Positions 40,173-48,496 of a stretch of DNA of 64,000 nucleotides are shown in pieces (the first letter of the stretch is position 1; every line of letters starts with the position of its first letter). A program made the position numbers and the translations under genes. The notes beneath the pieces were generated by a model. It made no database searches and had not been told where the DNA came from. It saw only the letters and a list, made by a program, of their open reading frames with translations. The stretch is from the NCBI GenBank assembly GCA_963737145.1, contig CAVTRO010000006.1, positions 130,911 to 194,910 on the forward strand, written 5' to 3'. This DNA is from an uncultured Alphaproteobacteria bacterium (GTDB lineage Bacteria > Pseudomonadota > Alphaproteobacteria > ATCC43930 > CGMCC-115725).

Positions 40173-41012
40173 TTAAGCCTTCGGCGGGAAGAACACCAGC
40201 GTGCGCACCTCGATGCTCTCGCGCGGCGGCGCGTCGGGGGGCGAGGTCGGGTCGTCGAAGCCGGTATGGGCGGAAAACCGCGCCGCTCCCTCGAGTGCCG
40301 AGTCGTAGCAGCGGATCAACACCGGTTCGTCAGCCTGCATCTTCGGGAAATAGTAGTACCGCTGGTTCGGATTGTAGGTGATCGAATAGGTCTCGCCGGT
40401 GCGGTCCGGGTATTTGAGGTCGCTGGCGACCAAATTCTCCTCCGAGAGGCTCTGCGCATCGCACAACGCCAATGGCGATTTCAGCACCGGCCCGCGGATC
40501 GGCCGCCACAGATTGATTATCGCGAAGCGGTGCTTGAGCAGCTCCTCGGCTTCCTCGCCCATCAGGTCACGGACCCGTTGAGGCGCCGACCACGCGGTGT
40601 AGTCGTCATGCACGCGTTTTGCCGGTATTTTTATCGTATTTCCCTTTGCCGACATCGCCGCATTGCGCGCGATGTGGTCGAAGGCGACGACGCGCGTGGC
40701 GCCCGTCGCTTCCTTGATGACGCGCTCGCATTCCGGGTAATAGACGGACGCGATTTCGTTCTCGTCGTAAAAATTCTCTACCGCCGTCTGGTGGTGCAGC
40801 AGCACAAAACCTTCTCTGTCGAGCGACAGCTGGCCGATCAGCGGCCGCGCATCGCGGATCGCCACTTGATGCGTTTCGCCTGCGCCGGTTCTGGCCGGCA
40901 CCCCCGGCGGCGGCTCGTAATTGTAGGAGACTGGCTTCTCCGCCATCGGAACGAGGAAGTTGAGCGGCGCCACGACGGTCTTCAGATCCGCGACTACCGA
41001 GCCGTCCATCAT
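40173..41012 (-). CDS. CmcJ/NvfI-like (AsaB-type) putative oxygenase family protein
   Basis: ~279 aa from MMDGSVVADLK (alternative start at 41078). It has conserved-looking blocks HVDYT-like RVHDDYTAWSAPQRV, INLWRPIRGPV and SAHTGFDD. The family assignment is from memory of that family. Confidence 0.6.
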   Translation of the reverse strand: MMDGSVVADLKTVVAPLNFLVPMAEKPVSYNYEPPPGVPARTGAGETHQVAIRDARPLIGQLSLDREGFVLLHHQTAVENFYDENEIASVYYPECERVIKEATGATRVVAFDHIARNAAMSAKGNTIKIPAKRVHDDYTAWSAPQRVRDLMGEEAEELLKHRFAIINLWRPIRGPVLKSPLALCDAQSLSEENLVASDLKYPDRTGETYSITYNPNQRYYYFPKMQADEPVLIRCYDSALEGAARFSAHTGFDDPTSPPDAPPRESIEVRTLVFFPPKA

Positions 41013-41182
41013 GTCCTCCGCGACTTGCAATTGTGCGGTTGGCTCAACTCTAAAAGAAGCGATAATGACCGTCAACATGGATACGGGTTGAGCCGATCCG
41101 CGGGGCCGGGCGGGCGACATTGACGCCCGCCTACCGCAAGCCGGTAAGCGCCAACAGATCCGAGAACGCTCGCCGTTCAGAT

Positions 41183-41419
41183 CTATGCTACTCGCCGAGA
41201 AGCCGTCTGCTCGTCTTTTTCCTCGACAACAAAGCTGATCTTTCCATTGACGCGGTACATCGTGATTTGGTCGTTCTCGACGACACATTCAGCATTCTTA
41301 ATCCAGAACGATTTGATGCCGCGCAAGGTCTTCGAAGCTTCTTTGATCGCCTCCTTGCATGCTTGATCAAACCCCTGCGGGGATTGTGCGATGACTTCGA
41401 CACTGCGTACGATCGACAT
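41183..41419 (-). CDS. Dodecin-family small flavin-binding protein
   Basis: 78 aa: MSIVRSVEVIAQSPQGFDQACKEAIKEASKTLRGIKSFWIKN..YRVNGKISFVVEE. This matches the dodecin pattern (sheet-helix-sheet, ..ASKTLR.. motif). Confidence 0.75.
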   Translation of the reverse strand: MSIVRSVEVIAQSPQGFDQACKEAIKEASKTLRGIKSFWIKNAECVVENDQITMYRVNGKISFVVEEKDEQTASRRVA

Positions 41420-41452
41420 TGCAATCTCCTTCTCTGAGATGGGAATGTTCGC

Positions 41453-41680
41453 TCACGCTCGGTCTTTCAGACCATTCTTGTGTTCGGCGCAATGCGCGCA
41501 GCAATAGACCGCGCCGTCGGCTTCGACGCCGTGGCCGACGATCTTGCAGCCGCAATGCGCGCAAGTGGGCGCCATTGCATGAATGGCGCATTCGAAGCTG
41601 TCGAAGGTCATTGTCCGACCTCCGAGGCTCACATGGATCGGCTTGTCATAATTGTTGCCGCATACCTCACAAGTTTCCAT
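41453..41680 (-). CDS. Small Cys/His-rich metal-binding protein (metallothionein-like C-terminal half)
   Basis: 75 aa with 9 Cys and 6 His, including CEVCG, CAHCGC and YCCAHCAEH. The last motif resembles the SmtA/BmtA ..YYCSEACADGH segment. Confidence 0.6.
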   Translation of the reverse strand: METCEVCGNNYDKPIHVSLGGRTMTFDSFECAIHAMAPTCAHCGCKIVGHGVEADGAVYCCAHCAEHKNGLKDRA

Positions 41681-41706
41681 TCGACTTCCCTTCCTCTTGT
41701 TGCAAT

Positions 41707-42024
41707 TCAGCCGGTCGCTCCCAGTTCTTCGGCCCGGCGTTCGAACTCTTCACGGATGTCGTTTATCGTCGGCAGACCCAGCGAACGCAGCTCGGCGTGG
41801 ATGCGCTTGGCCGGCTCTGAATCGAGGTCGCGCCTAAAGTTTGCCACAACTTCCTGCGCCGAACGGTATTTGTGAAAGCGCTCGATCTCGGCGTGCGTGG
41901 CCTTTTGCACGTGTTCGAGTTTCTTTTGATCCGCCTCCGAGCGACCCTTCGGCTTGGCGTTGAGAACCGGTTTGAACGCACGCTCTTCGAGAAAACGCAC
42001 CAGCTCGTCTTTCTTGTCCGCCAT
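41707..42024 (-). CDS. Hypothetical charged helical protein, first gene of the stress-type small-protein operon
   Basis: 105-aa ORF, preceded by a GAGG ribosome-binding site and the GGAAC-N16-CGTT promoter. Confidence 0.6.
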   Translation of the reverse strand: MADKKDELVRFLEERAFKPVLNAKPKGRSEADQKKLEHVQKATHAEIERFHKYRSAQEVVANFRRDLDSEPAKRIHAELRSLGLPTINDIREEFERRAEELGATG

Positions 42025-42052
42025 CGGTCACCTCGCGCTCGCTTGTCTGCGA

Positions 42053-42077
42053 AACGCGCCGCGGGCGCCGATGTTCC
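42053..42077 (-). promoter_or_regulatory. EcfG-type (general stress response) promoter, GGAAC-N16-CGTT
   Basis: The minus strand reads GGAAC (42077-42073), then atcggcgcccgcggcg (16 nt), then CGTT (42056-42053). It lies 28 nt upstream of the ATG at 42024. Confidence 0.6.
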
Positions 42078-42092
42078 GAACGCCTCGCTGGG

Positions 42093-42455
42093 CTATCGGG
42101 GAGCAGGCGCTTCCGGCCCCTCAGCAAGAGGCACGACCTCGATCGCGATCGGCAAATACAGCTTCAGGACATCCGTGGCGAACTCGACCTGTTCGTCGTC
42201 AAGGGCGCGCACGAACACCGCCGTCTCGCCGTTGTGGATGAACCGCACAAAAGTCGCGCGGGCATTGCCGATCACCAATGGATCGACCTCCAATGCCGCG
42301 AGCTCGGGCTGCAGGAGGGAAGAGACAGGGCCAACCTCGTTGAGCACCCGATGGGCAATATTCCGCGGCGCCACACCTTCGGTGATCAGCCGATGGACGG
42401 CATCCTCGGCGATCCCGCTGGATTGAAACAGCCCGATAACCAAGCGCGTCGCCAT
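42093..42455 (-). CDS. General stress protein 17M-like (YflT-type) domain protein
   Basis: N-terminus MATRLVIGLFQSSGIAEDAVHRLITEGV fits the GSP17M-like pattern. The 120-aa ORF starts 12 nt after the TPP-enzyme stop. Confidence 0.55.
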   Translation of the reverse strand: MATRLVIGLFQSSGIAEDAVHRLITEGVAPRNIAHRVLNEVGPVSSLLQPELAALEVDPLVIGNARATFVRFIHNGETAVFVRALDDEQVEFATDVLKLYLPIAIEVVPLAEGPEAPAPR

Positions 42456-42467
42456 ATGGCTCTCCTC

Positions 42468-44160
42468 TCACGCGTTCCTTCCGGGCGCCCAAGGCTCCGG
42501 CGCGCGCGGCTCGAGATCGGTCACGACATCGACCACGACTGTTTCGCTCGCGCCCATTGCCTCGGCGAGGGCGGGGGCGATCTCGCCCGGGCGCTCGACC
42601 CGGATGCCGCGAACGCCAAAGCTCCTTGCGACGGCGGTGAAGTCGGTCGGCCCGAAGCGGATCAGCTCCTCTCCCCGGCCCGGCCGGTTGCCCGCGACGC
42701 GGCGCACGCCGGTCAGGTTCTGGCCAAACCCGGAATTGTTGTTGACGACAACGGTCACGGCGATGCCGCAACGGCGGGCTGACTCCAGCTCGGCGAGGTG
42801 GTAGTAGAACCCGCCATCTCCGGTGAAGCACAGGACCTTGCGAGCGCCGGCCGCGCATTTGGCGCCGAGCGAAGCGGGAAACGACCAGCCGAGCGACCCC
42901 GCCGCCCGCAGATAGGTTTGGCCGCCGCCGTTGAGTTCGATAATCGTGCCGGTCCAGATCCCGGAATAGCCGGTATCGGCAACCAGGACTGCATCGGCTG
43001 GCAATGCCCGGGTGATTTCGGCACACAACCGCTCGACCCGGATCGGCGCGGCGTCGTTCTCACAGAGCGGGGTCATCGTGGCGCGCCAGTCGGCGACGAT
43101 GCGCGCGGCCTCTTCGGCGAAACCAGCATCGCGCGTCGGGTTCCCGATTAGCTGGTTGAGGTACACCAGCGTCGCTTTCGGGTCGCCGACGAGCCCCGTG
43201 GTGTTCGGGTAGCTGCGGCCGATTTCCAGGGGATCGGGATCGATCTGCACGATCCTTGTGTCGGGCGGCGGCACGGTCCAGTTCAACGTGACCTGGTCGC
43301 CGGTATCGCAGCCGATGAACAGCACAAGATCGGCGCCGTGCACGATGCGGTTCGCCGGCGGCGCCGAATAGCTTCCGGCAACCCCGACTGAAAGCCGATG
43401 GCGGGTCGGGATGATCCCGCGGGCGCCAAGCGTGGTCGCGATTGGCGCGTGCAGCGCCTCGGCGAGCGCGAGAATTTCGGGCCCCGCCTGTGAAGCGGCG
43501 GCCCCATCGCCGGCGACGATCGCGACGCGGCGGGAGCGCGGTAAGCGCCGCGGCGGCGCGCTCAATATCGGCGGTACCGGCTATGGGGCGATGCGCCGGG
43601 ATGCGCCGCGCCTCGGGATCGATTACCGGCGGCTCGGCGGTCTGGCCGAGCTCAATTTCGTCACCCTGATGGCCCGAGAAGTCGAGATGGGCGGGCCGCG
43701 GCGTCTCTGCCAACGCGGCGCGCCACGCATGGCGCATCAGCCGCGGCAGTTCGGAGGTCAGGTCGACGGTGGTCGAGAACTTGGTCACCGCCGCGAAAAG
43801 CGGTGCGTGAGGGATTTCCTGGTACGCGTTGCGATGCTGAAACGAAGGCGGCTTGCGGCCCGTCAGCGCAATCACCGGGGCGCGCCCCAGAAAGGGATCC
43901 TGCAGTCCGGAGGCCAGATTGGCAGCGCCGACCGCCTGCGCCATGCACACCCCCGGCCGCCCGGCAATCCGGGCATAGCCGTCGGCCATATAAGCCGCCG
44001 CCTTTTCCGAATGCGCGAGGATCGGGGTCACCCCGAGATCCCTCAACTGGAGCAATGTGCGGCGCAGCACCAACTCCACAAAGAATACATGCGTCGTCTC
44101 CGCCCCGGCCAGCGCCCGCGCCAGCCATTCGGCGCCGTTCATCGATCCGTGTTCACTCAC
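42468..44160 (-). pseudogene. Thiamine-diphosphate enzyme (acetolactate synthase / oxalyl-CoA decarboxylase superfamily), one frameshift
   Basis: The N-terminal PYR domain is in the frame of ORF 43060..44160 (..GRPGVCMAQAVGAANLASG..). The middle and PP domains are in ORF 42468..43565 (RRVAIVAGDGAAAS.., TGDGGFYYHLAELESA, VVVNNNSGFG). The join is near 43535-43545. Confidence 0.8.
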
Positions 44161-44183
44161 CTGCAGTTCCTCCCGAAAGTAGC

Positions 44184-44211
44184 CCCTCTCCGCCCCCGGG
44201 GGCGGAGAGGG
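44184..44211. repeat. Perfect 14+14 bp palindrome (REP-like family ccctctccgccccc/gggggcggagaggg)
   Basis: Read directly. The same element, with one extra central base, occurs at 59860..59887, and a degenerate copy occurs at 59746..59775. Confidence 0.85.
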
Positions 44212-44220
44212 AGAAGTTCC

Positions 44221-45429
44221 TCAGATGACATTGTTGTCGCGCAACCGTCGGATTTCTTCCGGCGTGTAGCCCGCGAGGGTTTGCAGCACATCTTCCGTGT
44301 GCTCGCCTTTCAGCGGCGCGCGCTTGGCGGCCACGGGTGAATCCGAGAGGCGCAGCGGGCAGCCGATCACCGAGAAGCGGCCGCGCGTCGGGTGTTCGAG
44401 ATCGAAGATCGTCTCGCGCTCGCGCAGATGCGCGTCGGCGAGCACTTCGGCGGTGTCGAGCACCGCGCCGCAAACGATGCCGCGCCCGGCGAACGCCTTC
44501 ATGACCTCGCGCTTTTCGCGCTGCGCCGTCCAGCCTTCGATCTCCGCGGTCAATGCCGCCCCATTGCGGGCGCGCGCTGGCGGGCTGGCGAAACGATCGT
44601 CGGTGCGAAGATCCGGGCGCCCGATCACCTCTGTCATCGCCTCGAACATCTCCGGATTATCCGGCGGGATGATCATGTAGACGTAATCGTTCGACCCGCT
44701 GCCGGCGCAGCGTAACAGATCGGACCAGCCGCCGGTCGCCGAGCGGTTGCCGCTGCGTTCGAGAGGTTTCCCGGTCGCCAGGGTCTGCGTGTATTTGACT
44801 CGGGTCAGGTTCAGCACTGCCTCCTGCATCGCCACCTCGACGAGCTGGCCGCGGCCGGTGCGTTCCCGCTGCACCAATGCCGCAAGGATGGCGATCGTCA
44901 AATGCATGCCGGTGCCGGAATCACCTATATTGGCGCCGTTGACCATCGGCGGGCCTCCGGCCTCACCGGTAACGCTCATCGCGCCGGAGGTCGCCTGCGC
45001 TACCGGCTCGAAACATTTGAAATCGCTATACGGGCCATAAGAGCCGAACCCCTTGACCGAGGCATAGATTGCCCGCGGATTGAGCGTCCTGACCGCACCC
45101 CAGCCGAGGCCGAGCCGTTCCATCACCCCCGGCCCGAGGTTCTCCGCGACGATGTCGGCGTTTTGGATCAGTCGGCGGGCGATCTCCTTGCCCTCCTCGG
45201 TCCGCAGATTAACGACGGTGCTGCGCTTGTTGCTGTTGAGCAGCAAGAAAAAGAAGCTGTCGAGGTCCGGATTATCCATGTTCCACAACCGGCGCGCCCG
45301 GTCACCGTGCGGCGGCCGCTCGATCTTGATCACATCGGCCCCGAGCCAGGCCAGCATCTGGGTGCAAGAGGGGCCGGCCTGGTCGTGCGTAAAGTCGATC
45401 ACGCGAATGCCCTCTAGAGCCTGGCTCAT
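44221..45429 (-). CDS. Family III (CaiB/BaiF) CoA-transferase, formyl-CoA transferase-like
   Basis: Uninterrupted 402-aa ORF. Its N-terminus MSQALEGIRVIDFTHDQAGPSCTQMLAWLGADVIKIE closely parallels Frc/YfdW (..[31 protein letters not shown]..), and it also has GDSGTGMH and TGRGQ.VEVAMQEAVLNL. Confidence 0.85.
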   Translation of the reverse strand: MSQALEGIRVIDFTHDQAGPSCTQMLAWLGADVIKIERPPHGDRARRLWNMDNPDLDSFFFLLLNSNKRSTVVNLRTEEGKEIARRLIQNADIVAENLGPGVMERLGLGWGAVRTLNPRAIYASVKGFGSYGPYSDFKCFEPVAQATSGAMSVTGEAGGPPMVNGANIGDSGTGMHLTIAILAALVQRERTGRGQLVEVAMQEAVLNLTRVKYTQTLATGKPLERSGNRSATGGWSDLLRCAGSGSNDYVYMIIPPDNPEMFEAMTEVIGRPDLRTDDRFASPPARARNGAALTAEIEGWTAQREKREVMKAFAGRGIVCGAVLDTAEVLADAHLRERETIFDLEHPTRGRFSVIGCPLRLSDSPVAAKRAPLKGEHTEDVLQTLAGYTPEEIRRLRDNNVI

Positions 45430-45575
45430 CTGGGTCCTCCTTCCTTCCGGAATACCGAGGTGACCCTACACCGATGACAAATCGGGTTCCACCGGCTAGG
45501 GCAAGCGTTGACATCGGAGCGCGGCCGGGATTGCATCCTCTCGGGATGCCCTCGGCGACAGTTAGGGAGGCCGAC

Positions 45576-46049
45576 ATGCAAGGCGATGCGACCATCATTC
45601 AGCACCTTAACGCGGTCTTGAGGAACGAGATGACCGCCATCAATCAATACTTCCTCCATGCCCGGATGCTGGACCATTGGGGCGCCGTCAAGCTCGGAGC
45701 GCATGAATACGACGAGTCAATCGACGAGATGAAGCACGCGGACTTGCTGATAAAACGCCTGCTGTTCCTTGGCGGCGAGCCGCGCCTGGAGTTTGACCGG
45801 CTGCTGATCGGCAACAGCGTCCCCGAGGTCCTCGAATGCGACCTGCGGCTCGAGCAGTCGGCGATGCCGCAACTGCGGGAGGCAATCCCTCATTGCGAAG
45901 CTGTCCGCGACTTCGTCACCCGCGACCTGTTCAGCCAGATCCTTAGGGGCGAGGAAGAGCACGTCGATTTCCTTGAGACGCAACTGGAGCTGATCGGCAA
46001 GATCGGACGCGAAAACTACATCCAAATGCAATCCGAGCCGCCCAAATAG
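45576..46049 (+). CDS. bfr: Bacterioferritin
   Basis: 157 aa from MQGDATIIQHLNAVLRNEMTAINQYFLHARM. The haem-ligand Met context is DESIDEMKHAD, and ferroxidase Glu/His residues are present. Confidence 0.9.
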   Translation: MQGDATIIQHLNAVLRNEMTAINQYFLHARMLDHWGAVKLGAHEYDESIDEMKHADLLIKRLLFLGGEPRLEFDRLLIGNSVPEVLECDLRLEQSAMPQLREAIPHCEAVRDFVTRDLFSQILRGEEEHVDFLETQLELIGKIGRENYIQMQSEPPK

Positions 46050-46082
46050 CCGCAGGCGGGGCTCGAAAGGAGGGAACCAGCA

Positions 46083-47303
46083 ATGTCAGCGACAATGCAG
46101 CGTTACAATGTCGGCGGGATTTATCTGCAACGGCCGTTCAAGATCCGCCGTCTCGGCCATTTCGGTTTCAATGTCGAGAAATTACCGGAAAGCCGCGAGT
46201 TCTATAGCGACCTGCTCGGCTTCATCGCTTCCGACACGCTCGACTTCTCGCGCGCGCCGTGGTTTCCGAAGGACCAGGACCTGGGCGATCCACGCGGTCA
46301 TTTCATGCGCTATGGCACCGACCACCACGCCTTTGTGCTGTTCCCGAAGCGCGTGATGGACCACCGCGCCGACCGCCAGTTCGCGCCCGAGGTGACCATC
46401 AACCAGATCACCTGGCAATGCGGCAGCCTCCAGGAGATCGTTGACGCCCACAGTTATTTCGAACAGCAGCAGGTCCGTATCCAGCGCGTCGGGCGCGACA
46501 TGCCGGGCAGCAACTGGCACGTCTATGTCTACGACCCTGACGGCCACACCAATGAATTCTATTACGGGATCGAGCAGGTCGGCTGGAACCGGCTGAGCAA
46601 ACCGCGCGACATGTACTACCGCGGCTTCAACGAAAAGCCAGCCTTGCCGCAGATGTCCGAAGCGGCCGAACTGGCCGAAGCGATCCAGAAGGGCATCGAC
46701 GTTTATTCGGGTCACCGCCCGCAGGAGACCTTGGCCGCGACCTATGACGTCGAAGGCATATTGCTGCCGCGGCCCTTCAAGATCACCAAGATCGGTCCGG
46801 TCAGCCTCTTTGTCGAAGACGTCGACCGCGCCGAAAATTTCTATACCGAGCGGCTCGGCTTCGTGCACAGCGAGGAAGCGGTTTATCGCGGGGCGCGCTG
46901 CGTTTTTCTGCGCTGCGGCGCCGAGCATCACAGTGTCGGGCTGTTCCCGAAGGAGCTGCGGCGCACATTGGGTTTGAGCGAGCGAACAACCTGTATGTCG
47001 TTCGGGGTGGAGGTCGGCAGCTATGCGCAACTGCGTCAGGCGGTCGCCTTTTTGAAGGAGCACGGGGTCACTTTCATCAACTCAATCCCGCCCGAGCTCT
47101 ACCCCGGCATCGATTACACGGCCTTTGCGCTCGACCCCGACGGCCACTGCATCCAACTGTATTACTATATGGAGCAGATCGGCTGGGACGGCCGGGTCCG
47201 CCCAGCCTCCGAGCGTCGCCGCGTTAATGGCGGATGGCCCGAAGCGCTGGAACCTCTCTCCGACACCTATGTCGACCAAGTGTTTCAGGGCCCGCTGGGT
47301 TAG
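46083..47303 (+). CDS. VOC-superfamily protein with tandem glyoxalase/extradiol-dioxygenase modules
   Basis: Uninterrupted 406-aa ORF. It has two repeated halves, each with paired beta-alpha-beta-beta-beta modules (..LGHFGFNVEKL..DPDGHTNEFYY.. and ..IGPVSLFVEDV..DPDGHCIQLYY..). Confidence 0.8.
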   Translation: MSATMQRYNVGGIYLQRPFKIRRLGHFGFNVEKLPESREFYSDLLGFIASDTLDFSRAPWFPKDQDLGDPRGHFMRYGTDHHAFVLFPKRVMDHRADRQFAPEVTINQITWQCGSLQEIVDAHSYFEQQQVRIQRVGRDMPGSNWHVYVYDPDGHTNEFYYGIEQVGWNRLSKPRDMYYRGFNEKPALPQMSEAAELAEAIQKGIDVYSGHRPQETLAATYDVEGILLPRPFKITKIGPVSLFVEDVDRAENFYTERLGFVHSEEAVYRGARCVFLRCGAEHHSVGLFPKELRRTLGLSERTTCMSFGVEVGSYAQLRQAVAFLKEHGVTFINSIPPELYPGIDYTAFALDPDGHCIQLYYYMEQIGWDGRVRPASERRRVNGGWPEALEPLSDTYVDQVFQGPLG

Positions 47304-47306
47304 CCC

Positions 47307-48479
47307 TTGATGACCCCCGAAGAGTATCTGGAGCGCGTTCGCGCATTGCTGCCGGCACTGCGCGAACGCACGGCCCGTGCCGAGCAGCTACGCCGCCTGC
47401 CCGACGAAACCTTTGCGGATTTTCAGGAGGCGGGGCTCTTTCGCGCTTTGCAGCCGAGACGTTACGGCGGCTACGAGATCGATCCCGCAACCTTCTACCA
47501 GGCGATAATGGAAGTGGGCGCGGTTTGCGGGTCAAGCGCTTGGATCCTCGGGGTCATTGGCGTCCACAACTGGCAGTTGGCGATCCTTCCCTCGCAGGCG
47601 CAAGAAGATGTGTGGGGCAAAGACACCAGCGTCCAGCTGTCGACATCGCTCGCCCCGACTGGGACGGTGCAGCAGGTCGAGAGCGGCTATCGACTGCATG
47701 GCCGCTGGTCCTTCTCCAGTGGTTGCGATTTCTGCCAGTGGGCTGTGCTCGGCGGGATTGTTCCGCCCGTCGAGCAGGGCCAGCCGCCCGATGCGCGCGT
47801 ATTTCTGGTGCCGCGGCGGGACTACATCATCGACGATAACTGGCACGTCATGGGCCTTTGCGCGACGGGCAGTAAGGATATTGTCGTTAATGACGCGCTC
47901 GTGCCGGAATACCGGACGCATTCGTACGAGGACGCGTTTCACCTAAAACATCCCGGCACTGCGATGAACGACGCGCCGCTCTACCGTCTGCCTTTCGGAC
48001 TTGTCTTTGCCAATGGCATTACGGCTCCCGCCATTGGCGCAGCGCTGGGGGCGCTCGAAATATTTCGAGAGCAGTCGCTGAAGCGCATCAGTCTGCGCGA
48101 CCAGTCGCGCGTCACCGAGGATCCGTTCACCCAATATCGCCTGGCTGAAGCCGCGGCCGCGGTCGGCGCCGCGCGCGACCGCGTGCTCGGCAATTTTGCC
48201 GAGATGATGCGCCTCGCCCGCGCCGGCGAAGAAATTCCGCTGGCGGCGCGCGCCCGCTACAAATGGGACGCGGGGAAAGCCATTGATTGGAGCGTCAAGG
48301 CGGTCGACTGGTTGTTCGAGGCGAGCGGCGGCCGCGGCATCTTTCTCGACAACCCGATCCAGCGCGCGTGGCGCGACGTGCATGCGATGCGGGCGCATGC
48401 CGGCAACAATCCCGAGCGCGCTGCTTTTGTGTTTGCCCGCTCGGAATTCAGCCTGACGCCACAAGACATTCGGTTCTAG
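47307..48479 (+). CDS. Group D flavin-dependent monooxygenase, oxygenase component (acyl-CoA dehydrogenase fold, HsaA/HpaH-C2-like)
   Basis: Uninterrupted 390-aa ORF. It starts 4 nt after the VOC gene and has an ACAD-like fold without the catalytic-base context. It is a paralogue of the partial gene at 1..677. Confidence 0.8.
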   Translation: MMTPEEYLERVRALLPALRERTARAEQLRRLPDETFADFQEAGLFRALQPRRYGGYEIDPATFYQAIMEVGAVCGSSAWILGVIGVHNWQLAILPSQAQEDVWGKDTSVQLSTSLAPTGTVQQVESGYRLHGRWSFSSGCDFCQWAVLGGIVPPVEQGQPPDARVFLVPRRDYIIDDNWHVMGLCATGSKDIVVNDALVPEYRTHSYEDAFHLKHPGTAMNDAPLYRLPFGLVFANGITAPAIGAALGALEIFREQSLKRISLRDQSRVTEDPFTQYRLAEAAAAVGAARDRVLGNFAEMMRLARAGEEIPLAARARYKWDAGKAIDWSVKAVDWLFEASGGRGIFLDNPIQRAWRDVHAMRAHAGNNPERAAFVFARSEFSLTPQDIRF

Positions 48480-48496
48480 GACGAGGGGGAACGCCG

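Noticed and set aside
42456-42480. GGAAC at 42478-42474 (minus strand) as an EcfG -35 element for the GSP17M-like gene.
   Set aside because: It lies only ~18 nt from the ATG, and no CGTT sits at the required spacing.
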